In this document: positions 38,954-49,331 of the stretch, piece after piece
Position numbering within the stretch: position 1 is the stretch's first letter
Layout of the letters: every line of letters starts with the position of its first letter
Assembly: GCA_964619725.1 (NCBI GenBank)
Contig: CAZUFC010000034.1
Coordinates: 1 to 64,000, forward strand
Direction of reading: 5' to 3'
From: an uncultured bacterium
GTDB lineage: Bacteria > CSSED10-310 > CAZUFC01
Length of the DNA stretch: 64,000 nt
The notes under the pieces: model-generated
Told to the model about the DNA's origin: nothing
The model's database searches: none
The model's input: only the letters and a program-made list of their open reading frames with translations
Program-made: the position numbers and the translations under genes

Positions 38954-40525
38954 TCAGCGTTGGATCGCAGCCCGGAATCGAAAACCGACCGACAGGCTCA
39001 TCAGCAAGAGCAGCAGCAAAGAGAATCCGAGACCGGCGGCAGGCACTGCTGTATTCTGTTGGTCGGTTTTCAGGCACAGGGAAAGGTTTACATCCATTGT
39101 TCGCCATTGTTGAGGCATGCGCCATACCGAGTATCCGTTGCCCTGGGGAGAACAAGCCTGCCAGAAAAGACAATCCTCCGGGTCCGGCATCGCCTGGACG
39201 GCTATCCATCCATCAGTCATGGATATGGGTTCCGGCAGATTCGCCGAATAAAACATCAGGTCGTATTGGTCGTAATCAATGCCCGTATCGATTGTTACAG
39301 GCGTCACGAACAGGCTTTCCGTCAATTGTCCGGGAAAGCCGCCGGAATCCTGATAAAATTTAATTTGAAAATCGCGGGAATGTTCGCAGGGTTCGTAGGT
39401 CTGGGTCATTTCTATACCCCACCAGCCCACCTGTATGAGGGCCCCGTCCAGGCCCGAAAAGTCGTCGGCGATAAGGCGTGAAACCCCCATGTCGGATAAT
39501 AAAGCCTCATTCTGTTCGTAACCGGCGAAAGCTCTTTGCGCGAATGTGGAATCCTCTGGACATTCCGGAGGCGGATAAGCGTCTGCACAATCTATTTGGA
39601 GCGAAAACTCGCCGTATTCAAAAAATTCGTAACCGTCGACCCAGATGTAGTAATGCCCCGGTTCCAGGTAAGCAGAAAAATTCACATGACCGAATTCGTG
39701 CACCTCGGATGGATCGATATCTGTACAAACCGGCGAAACATGAGCTCCGGCGAAATCGCAGCACAGAATATCTCCGGTCCATTGATCGCAGTGGGAGGCT
39801 ATGGCCCAGTCCGCATCGAAATCCGCTTCGCCGGTTACAGTGATGATCCTGGCCGTGCTGAGAAAAAACTCATAAACGATATCACGCGCCTGGAATCCTT
39901 CGCCGGCGCAACTGAAATAATTAAAATTATTCCACGTATTTCCCATGACGCATGCATCGCATCCCAGTATCCTGGGTTGGCTGCAGGAGTCGCCTGAAAA
40001 GGTTGCGCTTGGTTGCGGAGTCGGGTAAATGGTGGGCGTCTTTTCAGGAGTGACCGTCAACGTTTCTGTCGGAATTGCGGTAGCGGTCGCCGTCATAGTT
40101 CCTGTCGGAGGCGTCGGGAGGGTAAAAGTCTGCGTCGGCGTATGAAAGGGAGTTGATGTCATAATTTCCGTCGGAATCCTGGTGGGCGCTGTCGTCGGTA
40201 TCCCGGTCGGCATTATGCTCGGATGCGGTTGCTGAGTCCATGTTACAGAAAGAAAGATTGTATTTGTCGGCATAGGCGTCGAAGTCGGCGGCGCCGTCAT
40301 TTCCTGAGCGTTAGTCGCTGGCGGCCTTTCAGGCGTTGAACCGGCTTCCGCAGTCGCCGTAACCGTTCCCCGGAAAATACTGCTTGTCTCATCTAAACTC
40401 CGGGATGACGCATAATCCAACGTTCCCTCTACTGTTATTAAAATCAAAACCAAACTTAACGTCAGATTCATAAACGAAAATGCACCTCTGTCGTTCCTCG
40501 TGCAATATCTCATTTTATTCCGCAA
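38954..40525 (-). CDS. Secreted P/T-linker protein with Cys-rich PPC-like domain and C-terminal VP-anchor
   Basis: 523-aa ORF, start uncertain. N-terminal hydrophobic stretch, P/T-rich region, GDSC...DIVYEF...PGHYYIWVDG domain, ADDF-containing domain, tail VPAAGLGFSLLLLLLMSLSVGFRFRAAIQR. Confidence 0.8.
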   Translation of the reverse strand: MRNKMRYCTRNDRGAFSFMNLTLSLVLILITVEGTLDYASSRSLDETSSIFRGTVTATAEAGSTPERPPATNAQEMTAPPTSTPMPTNTIFLSVTWTQQPHPSIMPTGIPTTAPTRIPTEIMTSTPFHTPTQTFTLPTPPTGTMTATATAIPTETLTVTPEKTPTIYPTPQPSATFSGDSCSQPRILGCDACVMGNTWNNFNYFSCAGEGFQARDIVYEFFLSTARIITVTGEADFDADWAIASHCDQWTGDILCCDFAGAHVSPVCTDIDPSEVHEFGHVNFSAYLEPGHYYIWVDGYEFFEYGEFSLQIDCADAYPPPECPEDSTFAQRAFAGYEQNEALLSDMGVSRLIADDFSGLDGALIQVGWWGIEMTQTYEPCEHSRDFQIKFYQDSGGFPGQLTESLFVTPVTIDTGIDYDQYDLMFYSANLPEPISMTDGWIAVQAMPDPEDCLFWQACSPQGNGYSVWRMPQQWRTMDVNLSLCLKTDQQNTAVPAAGLGFSLLLLLLMSLSVGFRFRAAIQR

Positions 40526-41468
40526 TCTCCGTTATCCTGGGATGTTCATAAGGCCGAAGTTCGATGATCCTGTGGTCGTCGATCGGTATGTCCTGGGGAG
40601 ACAACACATCCGTGGATATTACGTAACCGCTTCGCTCCAGGTCCAGGGCGCAGTAATTGAGCGGAAAACCATATCCCTCCCTGGTGCAGCGGACGCCCCA
40701 TATAGTCTCACCGTCCGAAATCACCACATTCAAGGCGCTCCATTCATCACTAAAACCGGATATTAAATTCGTCGCCCATAAATGCAATGCTTCCTGTTCA
40801 TCAAGCTCCGTTTCCCCAAGCAACCTGCATAAATACAGAAAAAGATACTCCGTGTCGATGGGTTCGGTCGGACAATTCAAGGGCTCCGACCACCCCTGTA
40901 CCAGTTCATCGATCAAAAACGCCAGATCGTCTCCCCATACTGTACCGTTATGAGAAAATGTGTACCATTTTCCTCGAACCTCACGCAAAAAAGGATGCGG
41001 GTCAGCCACGTGAGAGCATCCTGAAGTGGCGTTTCGAAGATGCGCCACAATGACTTCCGGATCATACCGAATCATTAATTCCACAACAGAACAGAATATC
41101 TCCTGATCTTCGTTTATGGGTACCGGCGACCTTATAACAAGCGGATAACCCGGAATCCCCAGCAATCCCTTATGCTCAACGTTATCGTAACATGCAGCCG
41201 CCCAACCGCTTCTCTGGTATGAATCGGTTTGAGCAAACAACAGAAGCTGCTCACGCACATCCTCCATAACGCATGAATCTCCTGAAACTGCCCCGAATAA
41301 ACGACAATTTTCAGTCTTATCCGGCGCCCTCTTGCCTTCTTTCAAGTCCAAAGCATTCTTTGATCCATACGAATCAGCGGTTTTTCCCGCAACTGAGGCC
41401 GACAACGACAGCGCGCTCATCAATAAAATCAAAAGCATAGAATAACTTAAACAAGAAATGCGCTTCAT
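40515..41468 (-). CDS. Secreted class II glutamine amidotransferase-like Ntn-hydrolase (YafJ/EgtC-like) with signal peptide and propeptide
   Basis: CRLFG, AHLRNATSG, PHPF, FSHNGT and DTE motifs. ATG 41468 has AAAGGA upstream (track start 41498). A hydrophobic signal precedes the catalytic Cys. Confidence 0.82.
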   Translation of the reverse strand: MKRISCLSYSMLLILLMSALSLSASVAGKTADSYGSKNALDLKEGKRAPDKTENCRLFGAVSGDSCVMEDVREQLLLFAQTDSYQRSGWAAACYDNVEHKGLLGIPGYPLVIRSPVPINEDQEIFCSVVELMIRYDPEVIVAHLRNATSGCSHVADPHPFLREVRGKWYTFSHNGTVWGDDLAFLIDELVQGWSEPLNCPTEPIDTEYLFLYLCRLLGETELDEQEALHLWATNLISGFSDEWSALNVVISDGETIWGVRCTREGYGFPLNYCALDLERSGYVISTDVLSPQDIPIDDHRIIELRPYEHPRITEIAE

Positions 41469-41592
41469 AAAATATCCTTTCATATCAATCCCCAACATTG
41501 CCGGGGCTGAATATCATTGTAAAATTACTTGTGAAAAATGCAAATGTAGTTACAGACCTAAATTCAGAACTCACGTTATGTGGAGCTCCACA

Positions 41593-41627
41593 TTCACATC
41601 TCCTGACATTGAATGATAAAAAATTGT
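41593..41627 (+). repeat. 35-bp direct repeat, copy 2
   Basis: TTCACATCTCCTGACATTGAATGATAAAAAATTGT; matches 38110-38144. Confidence 0.75.
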
Positions 41628-41668
41628 GAAATTTTTGACGAAAAAAACAACAGTCGATCAAAAAGAAT

Positions 41669-42118
41669 TCAAGGCGCGCCTTCTATTTCACCGGATGACT
41701 GAAATTTTCCCCGTAATGCCGCATCAATTTCTTTCGGATCAAATATTGGTAAAACAGCATGCTTGAAATAATCAGCATCCCGCGTGATTATGCCTGCAGC
41801 TCCGACAGCCTTTGCTGCTTCATGAAGTAACGCATCCTCAAAATCTCTGAATTCCAGCGACAAGGCATTTGATAAAACGGATCGGTCTACCCGCGCGATT
41901 TTAAAAATCCTCAATAAGGTCGAAATACAATTTCGTGCATTTTCTTTCCCTAGATGTTTGCATACAATGTAATATACTGTCGTTACAGTGGTTCCGCACA
42001 GATAACCGGTCATTTCTCCTGTTTCAACCAGTGCAAATATTCTCAGCGCCGTTTCCCCGAACGTACGTCGCTTAAGCAAAACATCCAGAATTACCTTTGT
42101 ATCCACCAAAATTTTCAT
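41669..42118 (-). CDS. PIN-domain (VapC-like) toxin
   Basis: MKILVDTKVILD...DFEDALL...IITRD PIN motifs; ATGA 4-bp overlap with the upstream small gene. Confidence 0.88.
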   Translation of the reverse strand: MKILVDTKVILDVLLKRRTFGETALRIFALVETGEMTGYLCGTTVTTVYYIVCKHLGKENARNCISTLLRIFKIARVDRSVLSNALSLEFRDFEDALLHEAAKAVGAAGIITRDADYFKHAVLPIFDPKEIDAALRGKFQSSGEIEGAP

Positions 42119-42360
42119 CGATGCTTTTCCTCTACATAATCAGAATAATCCATCTCATCAGCAGAGGTCCCTTCAAGCATACCCCACAGAGATTTAGTCA
42201 GGGGCGGTAAATCATCCGTCTTTATCGGTGATGATGCTTTACTGAGAAAAATGAAATATTTTTCCACCAGCTTGGATAACGATGTCTCCTTCAGTTGTGC
42301 GTATTCTTTCGCCTTTTTTATTACCTGAGAGTCTAACCGGAGCGTTAGTTTGGTTTGCAT
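42115..42360 (-). CDS. Ribbon-helix-helix antitoxin (DUF6364-like)
   Basis: 81 aa, MQTKLTLRLD...AKEYA...SLSKLVE.YF; translationally coupled to the PIN gene; GGAGG RBS. Confidence 0.88.
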   Translation of the reverse strand: MQTKLTLRLDSQVIKKAKEYAQLKETSLSKLVEKYFIFLSKASSPIKTDDLPPLTKSLWGMLEGTSADEMDYSDYVEEKHR

Positions 42361-42375
42361 GGACGCCTCCTTTGC

Positions 42376-42427
42376 ACGTATATTCCCCTAAATTTTTATA
42401 CGTCATAATCCCCGGATTTGTCAAATC
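42376..42427 (-). promoter_or_regulatory. Toxin-antitoxin promoter with operator-like inverted repeat
   Basis: Minus strand TTGACA-18 bp-TATAAA. ACGTATA (42376-42382) / TATACGT (42397-42403) IR overlaps the -10. GATTTG-T-CAAATC palindrome (42415-42427) lies over the -35. Confidence 0.55.
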
Positions 42428-42477
42428 ACGCTGCCGAAATACCGGAAAATTGAAGGGAAACCAGGTAATAATATTTT

Positions 42478-42674
42478 GGGACTGATCAAACAGGGGTTAA
42501 ATTTCTTGCAAAACTTTCGATGGTTTGTTTCAGTAATCGGGGTCGGTATCGGGATCGGGGTCGGGGTAGGGATCGGGGTCGGGATCATGGTCGGGATCGC
42601 AATAGCAATCGAAACAAAATGATGAGATATTATTTCGAATTGCAACCTCAAAAGACGCATTTTTGATCAATGCC
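42478..42674 (+). mobile_element. Hexamer-core dispersed element, copy with 13 hexamers
   Basis: GGGACTGATCAAA...TGTTTCAGTA-[13 x RTCGGN-like]-ACAAAATGATG...CAAAAGACGCATTTTTGATCAATGCC. Confidence 0.85.
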
Positions 42675-42811
42675 ATTTTTTTATTCATTTTCCTGCTGGT
42701 CAAAATTGACTATTACATTGGGAAGTAATATCATCATAACAGGACAGAATTTGACAGAACGGAACGACGTAGAAATAATTTCTGGATTTAATTGCAGGAG
42801 GAAAAACAGTC

Positions 42812-45800
42812 ATGATAAAGAAAAGTATACCTTTAATATTCTGCACGTCTGCGATCTTGATCTTTTTTGGTTTTAAAGTCCTTGCAGGCGAGGAGCGTAT
42901 TTCAAACCGGGGCATGCTCTCGGATGTTCACGGCAACCGGCAGAATGCGGCAGAACCGAAAAAGGCGAAGAGCAATAAGCAAGGCGTTTTATCGTCCAAA
43001 AGCGACTCAGAAGTTGTTCTCGGTCGGCGATCCGCACTGGACCATCGTTTTCAGGACGGCGGCATATTTTCCGGGGCTTCACCTGAAAGGGAAATGCTGC
43101 GTTACAGGACGCGAATATCCAAATCATTCGACAACGGAGACGGCACGAAAGCGGCTTATTTTGTGGGAGAAGTACATTATCTGGATGAGGAGGGCGCCTG
43201 GCAGGACATTGACTACCGTATCGGTGAGAATACCGGCGGCAACGCGGCAGAATATCCTTACGCCAACCTGACGAATGCGGTAAAGACTTATCTGCCCATG
43301 AATTTCAATTCTGACGGTATACTTTGCGGCCGGGACGGATGGGATGCCGTTCAATTCGGCGGGTCGCCTGGATTAGCGGTCAAAAGCGAAAACGGCGATT
43401 TTATTGAATCGTATGAACCTTCAGGAACAGAAGGGAAGGTTTCTGACAGATCGATTGAGTATTCCGGCGTTTATCCGGGTATTTCTGCAGAATACCAGAT
43501 ACTGGATGTGGGCATCGGACACATTCTGACGATTGAATCTCTGGATTTTCTTGAATCCGTCCGTGATGGAGAAGCCGTCTTCTCTTTTTCTATAGACAGA
43601 CCGGAGGGGACTCAAATTCTGGTTGACGGATCGGAAAAATCAGACGATTTCGAAGCCGAAACGTTTTCTGTGGTCTCACCTGACGGAGCTGTTTTTACAA
43701 TCAATCCCGCAACCATACACGACGGCAAATTCGATGCGGAGTATCTGAAAATTTTAAATATTCCGAAAATAGACCTGGCGGGCGACAAGCTTGCTCAAGC
43801 TGAGAAAAAAGTAATGGAAGCGAACGAAAAATGGGGAGATTCCTACAGAAAATCGACCTATAAGGTAAGGGTGGCGGTGGATGATATTGCAGTCTCCTTT
43901 TCTTTACCGGTGGATTGGCTGATTGAATCAGACAGGAAACTTCCGGTGACGGTCGGAATCAAGATGAAGGTGGAGAAAAAACATTATCACCTGATTGAGC
44001 TGGATATACTTGATTATGTTGAATATTATGCGTACATCGGTTCTCAGGACGGCGAATTTTCCAGCAGTTCTTGCGCCTACAGGACATACTATGAAGACAG
44101 CCGGTGTCAGTTCGTCATCCTGGCGGATGAATTGAATGCTGCTGGAGTAGCGCCCCGTTCGCTCTATTCAATGGGCTGCCGAACCTACACTGATCCGTCC
44201 AGTCCACTGAACAATTTCACTTACCGCATGCAAAATCGTTATGATACTACATCCTCGAGCTGGATCAATTCCGACTGGACGATAACTGCCGGTCCCATAA
44301 CGGAATGGACGCCGCCGACATCAGGCAACTATGCCAGAACAGCGGTCAGTTATTTTCAGTGGGACGGATTGAAGAACCTTTTTATCGATCTCTCCCGCGA
44401 CGATTCAGACTGGACATCATGTTCCGGCTCATGGTGGCGCTGGGATGCGGGAGCGGACCGCATGTGCGGCGGGTACACGGATTCAGGTTACGGCTCCTGG
44501 CCTTTCGACGGTCTTTACGCCAATGTATACAGCCATGTCCCTCACTTGCGGATTGAATGGAGCGAAAGTTGCCGCCCCTGCGACTTGCTGGTTCAATGGG
44601 GATTCTGGTACGGCGAATTTTATCCCTGGTATGAATATGAAACTCATGGTCCCCGTATCATGACGAATCCCGGATGCCGGTGGTATAAATTCTGGCTGGA
44701 TGAATGGCAACTCTACAGGTTTACCTTCTGCGAAGGCGGAGGAAGCTTCGATACCGACCCAGTATTGGAAATGTTCGATGATACCTGCACTGAAGTCGCA
44801 AGCGCTGATGACTACTGCGGCCTCGGTTCACAATTGGATTGGGCGCCGGAAACCTCAGATTATTACTACCTGAGAATCCGCGAATACAGTTACGGCGATC
44901 TTACATATACGCTTGCATACAAAACTATGGAAGGACCATGCGCAACCTGCCCGGATTATGAAATTACGTTATCCGAGCCCACGACAAGCTGGCAGACGGA
45001 CTCCTGGCACATCTATGTGGACGGATGTGAGTTGGACAGAGTATCCCTCACCGCCGGCAACACCTATACTTTTTCAATTTGCAACGGAGGCGGCGATGCA
45101 GCTTTCGATACTTATCTGAGGCTTTACGATCCAAATTGCACGGAAGTCGCCTACGATGACGACGGATGCGGCGATCTTCGTTCTGAGCTTGTCTACGTAC
45201 CCTCTACAACAGGCTATCATTATATTGAAATTAACAGTTTCGGCGGATACTATGGCGGAAATTATACGCTCGCATATAAATACGACCCGCCAACGCCTAC
45301 TCCCACCAGGACGCCGACGCTGACGCCGACGCGAACGCCTACAAGAACGCCGACACGCACTCCGACTGCGACTTTATCACCCACGCGAACACCCACGAGA
45401 ACACCGACGAGAACACCGACACGGACGCCGACAAAAACGCCGACACGCACTCCGACCGTTACATTATCCCCCACGCGAACACCCACAAGAACCCCCACCA
45501 GAACCCCTACAAAAACCCCCACCCGTTCGCCGACAATGACCCTTTCTCCAACCTCTTCTCCCACTCGAACTCCAACTGACACCCCCACAAGAACGCCTAC
45601 AGTAACGTTATCTCCTACAAATTCTCCCACTAGAACTCCTACAAAGACGCCGACAAAAACGCCGACCCAATCGCCGACAGCGACGCTTTCTCCAACTCAA
45701 TCCCCGACGAATACGCCCACTGTAACTCTATCCCCAACGCATTCGCCTACAAGAACCCCGACCCGTTCACCAACGAATTCGCCGACTAAAACCCCGACAG

Positions 45801-47329
45801 TCACGCTGTCGCCCACCCTGTCGCCTACGAGAACTCCTACCCGTTCACCAACGAATTCACCGACTAAAACCCCCACGGTCACGCTGTCGCCTACCCATTC
45901 GCCTACAAGAACTCCTACTCTCTCTCCCACAAAAACGCCGACTCTTTCACCAACCGTAACCTTATCGCCGACCTGTTCTCCCACACTGTCCCCAACTATG
46001 ACGCTTTCGCCGACCTCCTCGCCGACAAGAACGCCTACGTTTACCTTGTCGCCCACTCATTCGCCAACAAGAACACCAACGGTAACCCTGTCCCCCACCA
46101 ATTCACCCACAAGAACTCCCACCCTGTCGCCTACTGAAACACCCACTCTTTCACCGACCGTTACCTTATCGCCGACATCTTCTCCCACACTGTCGCCCAC
46201 TGTGACGCTTTCACCGACATTCTCGCCGACCAATTCACCCACCGTCACGCTGTCCCCAACTTATTCGCCTACAGAAACTCCGACGGTAACCTTGTCCCCC
46301 ACCAATTCACCCACAAGAACTCCCACCCTGTCGCCTACTGAAACACCCACTCTTTCACCGACCGTTACCTTATCGCCGACATCTTCTCCCACACTGTCGC
46401 CCACTGTGACGCTTTCACCGACATTCTCGCCGACCAATTCACCCACCGTCACGCTGTCCCCAACTTATTCGCCTACAGAAACTCCGACGGTAACCCTGTC
46501 GCCAACCAATTCGCCCACAAGAACTCCCACCCTGTCGCCTACTGAAACCCCGACTCTTTCACCGACCGTTACCCTATCGCCGACATCTTCTCCCACACTG
46601 TCGCCCACTGTGACGCTTTCACCGACATTCTCGCCGACCAATTCACCCACCGTCACGCTGTCCCCAACTTATTCGCCTACAGAAACTCCGACGGTAACCC
46701 TCTCCCCCACCAATTCACCGACTGAAACTCCGACGGTAACCCTGTCCCCCACCAATTCGCCGACACAAACACCTACGCTTTCGCCCACGGAATCACCGAC
46801 TCTCTCACCCACCTTATCCCCTACCGGTTCTCCCACATTATCGCCGACACTCACGCTTTCACCGACTGCTTCACCTACAGAAACTCCAACCCTAATCCCC
46901 ACGGAAACGCCTACACTCTCTCCCACCGTCACGCTATCGCCGACTCTTTCTCCCACTTCATCTCCTTCACCGACAGACTCGCCCACATTTACTCCAACTC
47001 TATCTCCGACACAATCTCCTACCGTTACTCAATCTCCTACTCTCTCTCCCACAAGTTCCCCGACTGATATACCAACAGGCACCCCGACCGACACACCTAC
47101 AGAAACGCCCACTTCCTCACCCACGCTCTCTCCCACAGCAAGCCCCACTGATGAACCGACTTCTTCCCCCACACTCACGCCTTCAAATACTCCCGCCGAA
47201 ACCCCCACACCGACTGACACGCCCACTGTAGCGCCTATTCCGGCCGTCGGCTCCAGCGGTTTGCTGATCCTTATCGCTTTCGCTACTCTGATTCTGTTCA
47301 AACGAGAAATTACTGGAAAAAGAAAATGA
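42812..47329 (+). CDS. Secreted protein with PPC-like domains, ~650-aa Pro/Thr/Ser stalk and C-terminal IP-anchor
   Basis: 1505-aa ORF, GGAGG RBS, signal peptide. Two PPC-like domains (YRFTFC...DDYCG; YTFSIC...DDDGCG), PT/SPT stalk ~45286-47230, tail [30 protein letters not shown]. Confidence 0.9.
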   Translation: MIKKSIPLIFCTSAILIFFGFKVLAGEERISNRGMLSDVHGNRQNAAEPKKAKSNKQGVLSSKSDSEVVLGRRSALDHRFQDGGIFSGASPEREMLRYRTRISKSFDNGDGTKAAYFVGEVHYLDEEGAWQDIDYRIGENTGGNAAEYPYANLTNAVKTYLPMNFNSDGILCGRDGWDAVQFGGSPGLAVKSENGDFIESYEPSGTEGKVSDRSIEYSGVYPGISAEYQILDVGIGHILTIESLDFLESVRDGEAVFSFSIDRPEGTQILVDGSEKSDDFEAETFSVVSPDGAVFTINPATIHDGKFDAEYLKILNIPKIDLAGDKLAQAEKKVMEANEKWGDSYRKSTYKVRVAVDDIAVSFSLPVDWLIESDRKLPVTVGIKMKVEKKHYHLIELDILDYVEYYAYIGSQDGEFSSSSCAYRTYYEDSRCQFVILADELNAAGVAPRSLYSMGCRTYTDPSSPLNNFTYRMQNRYDTTSSSWINSDWTITAGPITEWTPPTSGNYARTAVSYFQWDGLKNLFIDLSRDDSDWTSCSGSWWRWDAGADRMCGGYTDSGYGSWPFDGLYANVYSHVPHLRIEWSESCRPCDLLVQWGFWYGEFYPWYEYETHGPRIMTNPGCRWYKFWLDEWQLYRFTFCEGGGSFDTDPVLEMFDDTCTEVASADDYCGLGSQLDWAPETSDYYYLRIREYSYGDLTYTLAYKTMEGPCATCPDYEITLSEPTTSWQTDSWHIYVDGCELDRVSLTAGNTYTFSICNGGGDAAFDTYLRLYDPNCTEVAYDDDGCGDLRSELVYVPSTTGYHYIEINSFGGYYGGNYTLAYKYDPPTPTPTRTPTLTPTRTPTRTPTRTPTATLSPTRTPTRTPTRTPTRTPTKTPTRTPTVTLSPTRTPTRTPTRTPTKTPTRSPTMTLSPTSSPTRTPTDTPTRTPTVTLSPTNSPTRTPTKTPTKTPTQSPTATLSPTQSPTNTPTVTLSPTHSPTRTPTRSPTNSPTKTPTVTLSPTLSPTRTPTRSPTNSPTKTPTVTLSPTHSPTRTPTLSPTKTPTLSPTVTLSPTCSPTLSPTMTLSPTSSPTRTPTFTLSPTHSPTRTPTVTLSPTNSPTRTPTLSPTETPTLSPTVTLSPTSSPTLSPTVTLSPTFSPTNSPTVTLSPTYSPTETPTVTLSPTNSPTRTPTLSPTETPTLSPTVTLSPTSSPTLSPTVTLSPTFSPTNSPTVTLSPTYSPTETPTVTLSPTNSPTRTPTLSPTETPTLSPTVTLSPTSSPTLSPTVTLSPTFSPTNSPTVTLSPTYSPTETPTVTLSPTNSPTETPTVTLSPTNSPTQTPTLSPTESPTLSPTLSPTGSPTLSPTLTLSPTASPTETPTLIPTETPTLSPTVTLSPTLSPTSSPSPTDSPTFTPTLSPTQSPTVTQSPTLSPTSSPTDIPTGTPTDTPTETPTSSPTLSPTASPTDEPTSSPTLTPSNTPAETPTPTDTPTVAPIPAVGSSGLLILIAFATLILFKREITGKRK
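46081..46692 (+). repeat. Three near-identical 204-bp (68-codon) tandem repeats in the P/T/S stalk
   Basis: Units start at 46081, 46285 and 46489 (GGTAACC.TGTC.CC.ACCAATTC). Antisense ORFs in the track recur with a 204-bp period. Confidence 0.9.
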
Positions 47330-47380
47330 TGGGAGATTCTATCGAATTGTAACCTCGAAAGAGGTATTTTTGATCAATGC
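47323..47380 (+). mobile_element. Right-end fragment of the hexamer-core element
   Basis: AAAATGATGGGAGATTCTATCGAATTGTAACCTCGAAAGAGGTATTTTTGATCAATGC matches the 3' part of the full copies. Confidence 0.75.
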
Positions 47381-47451
47381 TTTTTTTCTGTTCGGGTGCG
47401 ATTTCCGATAATCTGGAATTCATAGATACCGGCAAATCCTTATCAATTATT

Positions 47452-48000
47452 TCAATGTCGATAGGCCTTCTCACCCGCCCTGACAGGAGCATCCAGCCTG
47501 TTTTCGTCCGGCGGAATCGGACAGGAATAGTTCTGACCGTAAGCGCAGAACGGATTGTAAGCCTTATTAAAATCAACGATCCATAACTCGCCGTCATCGC
47601 TCCTGTCCAATCTTTCGTCCAGGTCCAGGTATCTGCCTCCTTCGTAAGTTTCCTTGCCGGAAGTCGCATCCTTGAACGGTATGAACAGCCCCTGCTCTTC
47701 CTCATCGTCTTTGTAGGCCTGCAGCACGCAATCCCTGCCGTTCACCTCGAACCTGAATTCGCCCCATCGAATCATCCGGCGAATATCACCGGTCGTATCC
47801 TCTACATCAACTACTCTCTTCTTCTCGTGTTCATGCAACGGCAGCGACATCATTAAATCTTCTTTCAAGTCGTAATATTCCAGTCCGTCAAAAGATTCCT
47901 GCTCTTCAGGCGGTATCGGGGACCGGTGATCCTCGGCAAAAAAACGATCTTTCGTCCGCCTCATGTTCTCCATATATTTTCTCCATTGTTTCTTTCGCAT
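47452..48000 (-). CDS. DUF1684 family protein
   Basis: PFKDATSGKETYEGGRYL and DFNKAYNPFCAY...SCPIPPDENRL...AGEK motifs. Confidence 0.9.
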   Translation of the reverse strand: MRKKQWRKYMENMRRTKDRFFAEDHRSPIPPEEQESFDGLEYYDLKEDLMMSLPLHEHEKKRVVDVEDTTGDIRRMIRWGEFRFEVNGRDCVLQAYKDDEEEQGLFIPFKDATSGKETYEGGRYLDLDERLDRSDDGELWIVDFNKAYNPFCAYGQNYSCPIPPDENRLDAPVRAGEKAYRH

Positions 48001-48207
48001 GATAAAATTTCTCCCCTTTTTCGTGTTAGTCGCCTTGAATGTAAAATTTAATGATGCTTCTTCCGCCTACTAAAACCAGGCCGGAATAAATCCTTTATCA
48101 AACTCAACCGCAGCTTGAGCCGGACGGCGAAAACGCTTAAACAAAAGCTGATGGGGCTTCTTCCCGCCGGTTATCCTTGCCCGCCTTTATCTCGACGCCT
48201 ACCCCCC

Positions 48208-49011
48208 TTACATTTTTTCCATAGGCGATGCTTTCTTTTCGTATCCTACGGGCAGCTCAAACAGAGAATCGTCAAAATCCTTCTCGCTGAATTCTTTCAA
48301 TTCCGTCCTGTATTGCATCTCTCCATCGCTGTAATAAATATGGCGCACAGGAAAACCGGAGAATCCCTCTTCTTCGCCGGCTTCCACTTTGAAAGCACGG
48401 AAAAATGAGGGCATATCTTTGGAAAACTGCTCGAAAAATTCGCTCCATCCCTTCATCACTTGAAGTTCATCCCGATCAATGTCTAATTCATCCATCGCCG
48501 CGGTCCATATTTCCTCTACTTTCTCTCCTTCCGTATACCCCGCGTATTTGTCTGTCATCCATCGGTTCACTTTGACTCCTTCAGCCTCTTTTTTGTATTC
48601 GACCTTTTCGGTCATCCCTGGCATACGGTTTTTCATCATGTTTTCCATCATTTGACGTTGTTCGGCCGGCACGTTCTTCATTTGCTTCTCTATTCTATCC
48701 ATTGCATCAGCAATTTTTTTCTGAACTTTCTCCAGGTCCGCTTTGGTTATCTCTGTATATGTTTTATCACCATGGTCTATCATCCAGAAAAGTTCCTTGT
48801 CGTCCCGAAAGATTAAAACGGTCGATTCCCCGTTTTCCGATTCGACTCTCATCTTCTCCTTTTCAATATATGCTTTAGCCGTCGTAGTCTCCTGCCTGCC
48901 GATCTGCGATTCGGTTTCATTCACGAACAGGTAACCGCCCTGAGCGGATACGATGGAAAATAGACCCGTCAGAATGATGACCATAAAAAATCTTGCCGTG
49001 TTTCTGTACAT
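48208..49011 (-). CDS. Secreted DUF4412-like protein
   Basis: ATG 49011 with AAGGAGGA RBS; the track start 49053 lies inside the repeat element. Signal peptide, KMRVE...DKTYTEI, GFPVR, FELPVGYEK. Confidence 0.78.
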   Translation of the reverse strand: MYRNTARFFMVIILTGLFSIVSAQGGYLFVNETESQIGRQETTTAKAYIEKEKMRVESENGESTVLIFRDDKELFWMIDHGDKTYTEITKADLEKVQKKIADAMDRIEKQMKNVPAEQRQMMENMMKNRMPGMTEKVEYKKEAEGVKVNRWMTDKYAGYTEGEKVEEIWTAAMDELDIDRDELQVMKGWSEFFEQFSKDMPSFFRAFKVEAGEEEGFSGFPVRHIYYSDGEMQYRTELKEFSEKDFDDSLFELPVGYEKKASPMEKM

Positions 49012-49042
49012 TTTTATCCTCCTTATAATTATTAATATTTTC

Positions 49043-49249
49043 GAACTGATCAAACCGGGTTACACTTCTTTCAAAACTTTTGACGGTTTGATTCAATAAT
49101 CGGGGTCGCAATCAGTATCGGTATCGGGGTCAGGGTCGCAATCGGGGTCGCAATCGTTATCTAAATCGGGATCGTAATCGGAATCGAAACAAAAGGATGG
49201 GAGATTTTGTCGAATTGTAACTTCAAAAGACGCATTTATGATTAATGCC
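49043..49249 (+). mobile_element. Hexamer-core dispersed element, copy with 15 hexamers
   Basis: GAACTGATCAAACCGGGTTACAC...-[15 hexamers ATCGGG/GTCGCA/ATCGGT...ATCGAA]-ACAAAAGGATG...CAAAAGACGCATTTATGATTAATGCC. Confidence 0.85.
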
Positions 49250-49331
49250 GATATTCTTTAAGCCTTCTCTGCTGGAATGTCCCTTACTCAAGCATTTTGA
49301 ATATAACACAAATCCGGTTTACGATCAAATG

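Noticed and set aside
38846-39997. Plus-strand ORFs of 211, 121 and 153 aa
   Set aside because: They are antisense to the 523-aa gene, which has a coherent domain structure and sorting tail.
40500-40540. Frameshifted fusion of the Ntn-hydrolase with the downstream anchored protein
   Set aside because: The downstream ORF has its own hydrophobic N-terminal segment and no slippery site is evident. A short operon-type overlap is sufficient, though this was not tested against homologues.
45262-47301. Antisense (VGE/VGD/VGV)n ORFs
   Set aside because: Reverse-complement read-through of the PT/SPT stalk; useful only for revealing the 204-bp period.
49012-49053. N-terminal extension MISSKILIIIRRIK of the DUF4412-like ORF
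   Set aside because: It starts inside the repeat element; ATG 49011 has a strong AAGGAGGA RBS and begins the signal peptide.
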